54,517 nt of DNA from the NCBI GenBank assembly GCA_964598945.1, contig CAZRDQ010000002.1, forward strand, positions 1-54,517. The letters are read 5' to 3'. The DNA comes from an uncultured Candidatus Bathyarchaeia archaeon (lineage in GTDB: Archaea > Thermoproteota > Bathyarchaeia > 40CM-2-53-6 > RBG-13-38-9). Position 1 is the first letter of the stretch. Each line of letters begins with the position of its first letter. A program made the translations under genes and the position numbers. Below the pieces are notes generated by a model. That model did no database searches. It had not been told where the DNA came from and saw only the letters and a list, made by a program, of their open reading frames with translations. Below, piece by piece: positions 52,853 through 54,517 of the stretch.

Positions 52853-54007
52853 ATGGAAGGCAGAGGAGTCTCTCTCTTTCGCATCCTGACGATTGGAATT
52901 CTGATAGGCACAGTCACCGCGCAGCACTCCTTCACTATTCTTTACGTCCAAGCCTCAGATGCATCGACCTTTGGGAATAACGGCGCTTGCGGCGCTCAAT
53001 CCATGATAGTTATACTCGTAGAGTTCAAAGATGTCAAACATCATAAGACGAGGCAGGAAATTGGAAAGCTCGTATTTGGAGACCTTAACAGGTACTTGAC
53101 AGAAGTCTCTTACAATGCTACATGGGTTACTGGAGACACTACTGACTGGGTAGGGCTGCCCCACGACATAAGCTACTACGGGCGCGACATGATACAAGGT
53201 GTCGATTCTGAGATTCGACAACTATTCCGCGATTCTATCCGAGCAGTCGATGGTCAGGTTAACTTCAAACTCTACAAACAGATCATGATCGTTCACGCTG
53301 GAAGAGGCCAAGAGACCAGTGGGGTTACGTCCGATATCTGGTCCGAGTATATCGCATCCAACCCGCCTGTCTACGCGGATGGACTCGTACTCAGGAATGT
53401 TATGGTCGTCCCTGAGGAAGAGGCTGCGGGTAAGGATCCTCTAGGTGTCTTTGCACATGAATTTATGCACAGCCTCGGCCTTCCAGACCTATATCCAGCT
53501 TACGGACTCAAAAGCAATTATCTGAAATACTGGGATCTGATGGATCATGGTTTCCGCAATGGCAAGCCCCCAGGCGGATCCAGTCCCTCACATCTTAGTG
53601 CTTGGAGCAAACTCTACCTAGGGTGGCCGGTCAAGACCAGAACGATCTATGCTGGATCCATGGTAGAGATTACCGTGGGGCCCCTTGAGGTTGCCTCAGA
53701 CCAGGTCCAAGTTGTAGTACTGCCGATGATTCCGGGCAAGTACTATCTTGTTGAGGTTAGACAACAACTGGGTTTTGATGAGTACCTTCCCAGCCACGGT
53801 GTTCTGATAACCGAGGTTAATGAGAAGCTTCCTCCGCAGTCGGGCATGGTTAAGGTCGTCAACGCTGACCCAAAGACAGCAGACTTAAGAAACGCAACTT
53901 TCAAGGCAGGCCAAAGTTTCTCTGACTCTTCCAAACTGGTGAAAATATCAATAATGTCCGAGGATGGAGCCTGCACGCTCCTCATAGATAGAACACTGAG
54001 AAAATAA
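52853..54007 (+). CDS. secreted M6-like (immune inhibitor A type) zinc metallopeptidase
   Basis: Signal peptide MEGRGVSLFRILTIGILIGTVTAQ. Contains FAHEFMHSLGLPDLY (HExxH..PD.Y). Confidence 0.78.
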   Translation: MEGRGVSLFRILTIGILIGTVTAQHSFTILYVQASDASTFGNNGACGAQSMIVILVEFKDVKHHKTRQEIGKLVFGDLNRYLTEVSYNATWVTGDTTDWVGLPHDISYYGRDMIQGVDSEIRQLFRDSIRAVDGQVNFKLYKQIMIVHAGRGQETSGVTSDIWSEYIASNPPVYADGLVLRNVMVVPEEEAAGKDPLGVFAHEFMHSLGLPDLYPAYGLKSNYLKYWDLMDHGFRNGKPPGGSSPSHLSAWSKLYLGWPVKTRTIYAGSMVEITVGPLEVASDQVQVVVLPMIPGKYYLVEVRQQLGFDEYLPSHGVLITEVNEKLPPQSGMVKVVNADPKTADLRNATFKAGQSFSDSSKLVKISIMSEDGACTLLIDRTLRK

Positions 54008-54467
54008 TCTCTGACTTCCCAGAGATAACAGCTATTGTGATAATTAGAAAGAAACCAATAGTAAGTTATGCAAAACCTGATTCTGAAACCTATGTCGACG
54101 ATAAGTGCCAAGTTTAGCCTCTTAATACCGAGATTTATGTACAGTAATTTATGTTGCAACCTTTTGTTTCTCGACTCTTCTTGCGGCTAGCACTGCAGCT
54201 TCAAAGATTACCGAGCAGAAGCACCATACGGAAGATGCAGAGTGGCCGAATAGATTCTCTCAACTTATCCTTTTATCAATCGCGCCAGTTCAGAGACCAG
54301 GTTATTACATCTATATGTGTTTCCAGTGGAGCTCACTGGCCACCGGAACCTGATGGGTTTGTTCGGGGACAAGGTGGTGGAAGCGAAGTCGGCGGCGTGG
54401 CATTTGTTCTTTGCGCGCACTTGAAGCTCCCAAATGTTAACTATTTAAGCAAAGGAAACCGAATAGT

Positions 54468-54517
54468 AAATAGACTCCCTAATAGGGAGTGTAAATGAAA
54501 TAGACACCCTGATAGGG
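54468..54517. repeat. two copies of a 20-nt motif spaced 30 nt apart, cut by the window end
   Basis: AAATAGACTCCCTAATAGGG (54468-54487) and AAATAGACACCCTGATAGGG (54498-54517). The first copy sits in the palindrome ACTCCCTA-A-TAGGGAGT (54474-54490). Confidence 0.5.

Noticed and set aside
52687-52980. 97-aa plus-strand ORF upstream of and overlapping the M6 peptidase start.
   Set aside because: Its composition is Arg/Ser-rich and it has no motif. It overlaps the peptidase signal-peptide coding region in another frame.
53743-54159. 138-aa minus-strand ORF.
   Set aside because: Two-thirds of it is antisense to the well-supported M6 peptidase gene. The remainder is A/T-rich spacer.
54468-54517. 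Start of a CRISPR array.
   Set aside because: The repeat period is only 30 nt with 20-nt units, which leaves a 10-nt spacer. The copies differ at 2 positions, and no cas genes are nearby.

Overview
Dense, almost certainly archaeal chromosomal segment with about 60 protein genes. I recognise no rRNA, tRNA, CRISPR array, transposase or integrase. Lineage clues point to a TACK-like archaeon: a crenarchaeal-type single-OB SSB with an RGG tail, archaeal AspRS followed by gatCAB, paired Lrp/AsnC regulators, A/T-rich TATA-like boxes, many TTG/GTG starts, and CcmE of the Cys (CxxxY) variant.

Gene order:
- Partial radical SAM gene, two Lrp regulators, a Zn-ribbon protein and glutamate dehydrogenase.
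- A cytoplasmic bis-MGD molybdo/tungstoenzyme with a mini Fe-S subunit.
- A nicotinamidase with a Tat-type signal, and an M1 aminopeptidase.
- A frameshifted PUA/NOL1-NOP2-Sun m5C RNA methyltransferase.
- MoaE, SSB and a nitroreductase.
- aspS-gatCAB.
- A respiratory island: ccmABC(D)E, a B12-radical SAM protein, a UbiA prenyltransferase, a polyprenyl synthase, a compact pentaheme NapC/NirT-like cytochrome, a hydrogenase protease, hynS-hynL-isp1-isp2 and heme O synthase.
- An anchored PBP, a frameshifted DUF998 gene, uvrC and a URO-D-family protein.
- A small NTase (TA-like) islet.
- An ArsR-centred divergon.
- An orphan J-domain protein and the livKHMGF transporter.
- A roughly 0.8 kb two-gene insert bracketed by a duplicated livF 3' end, then an M6 metallopeptidase.

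The ArsR-centred divergon has two arms:
- Minus arm: a secreted Gly/Tyr/Trp-rich protein, two Met/Gly-rich SHOCT/PepSY-like proteins, OsmC, a Zn-ribbon-SHOCT protein, three translationally coupled membrane proteins and an ArsS-like radical SAM protein.
- Plus arm: arsR, nifS/iscS, dsrE and two SAM methyltransferases.

The best candidates for something undescribed are the ArsR-centred island (38089-46232), the hydrogenase/cytochrome/ctaB/ccm respiratory island (18535-31377) and the repeat-flanked insert at livF (51636-52566). Two genes, at three sites, appear disrupted by frameshifts close to short homopolymer runs, so sequence quality should be checked before calling pseudogenes.
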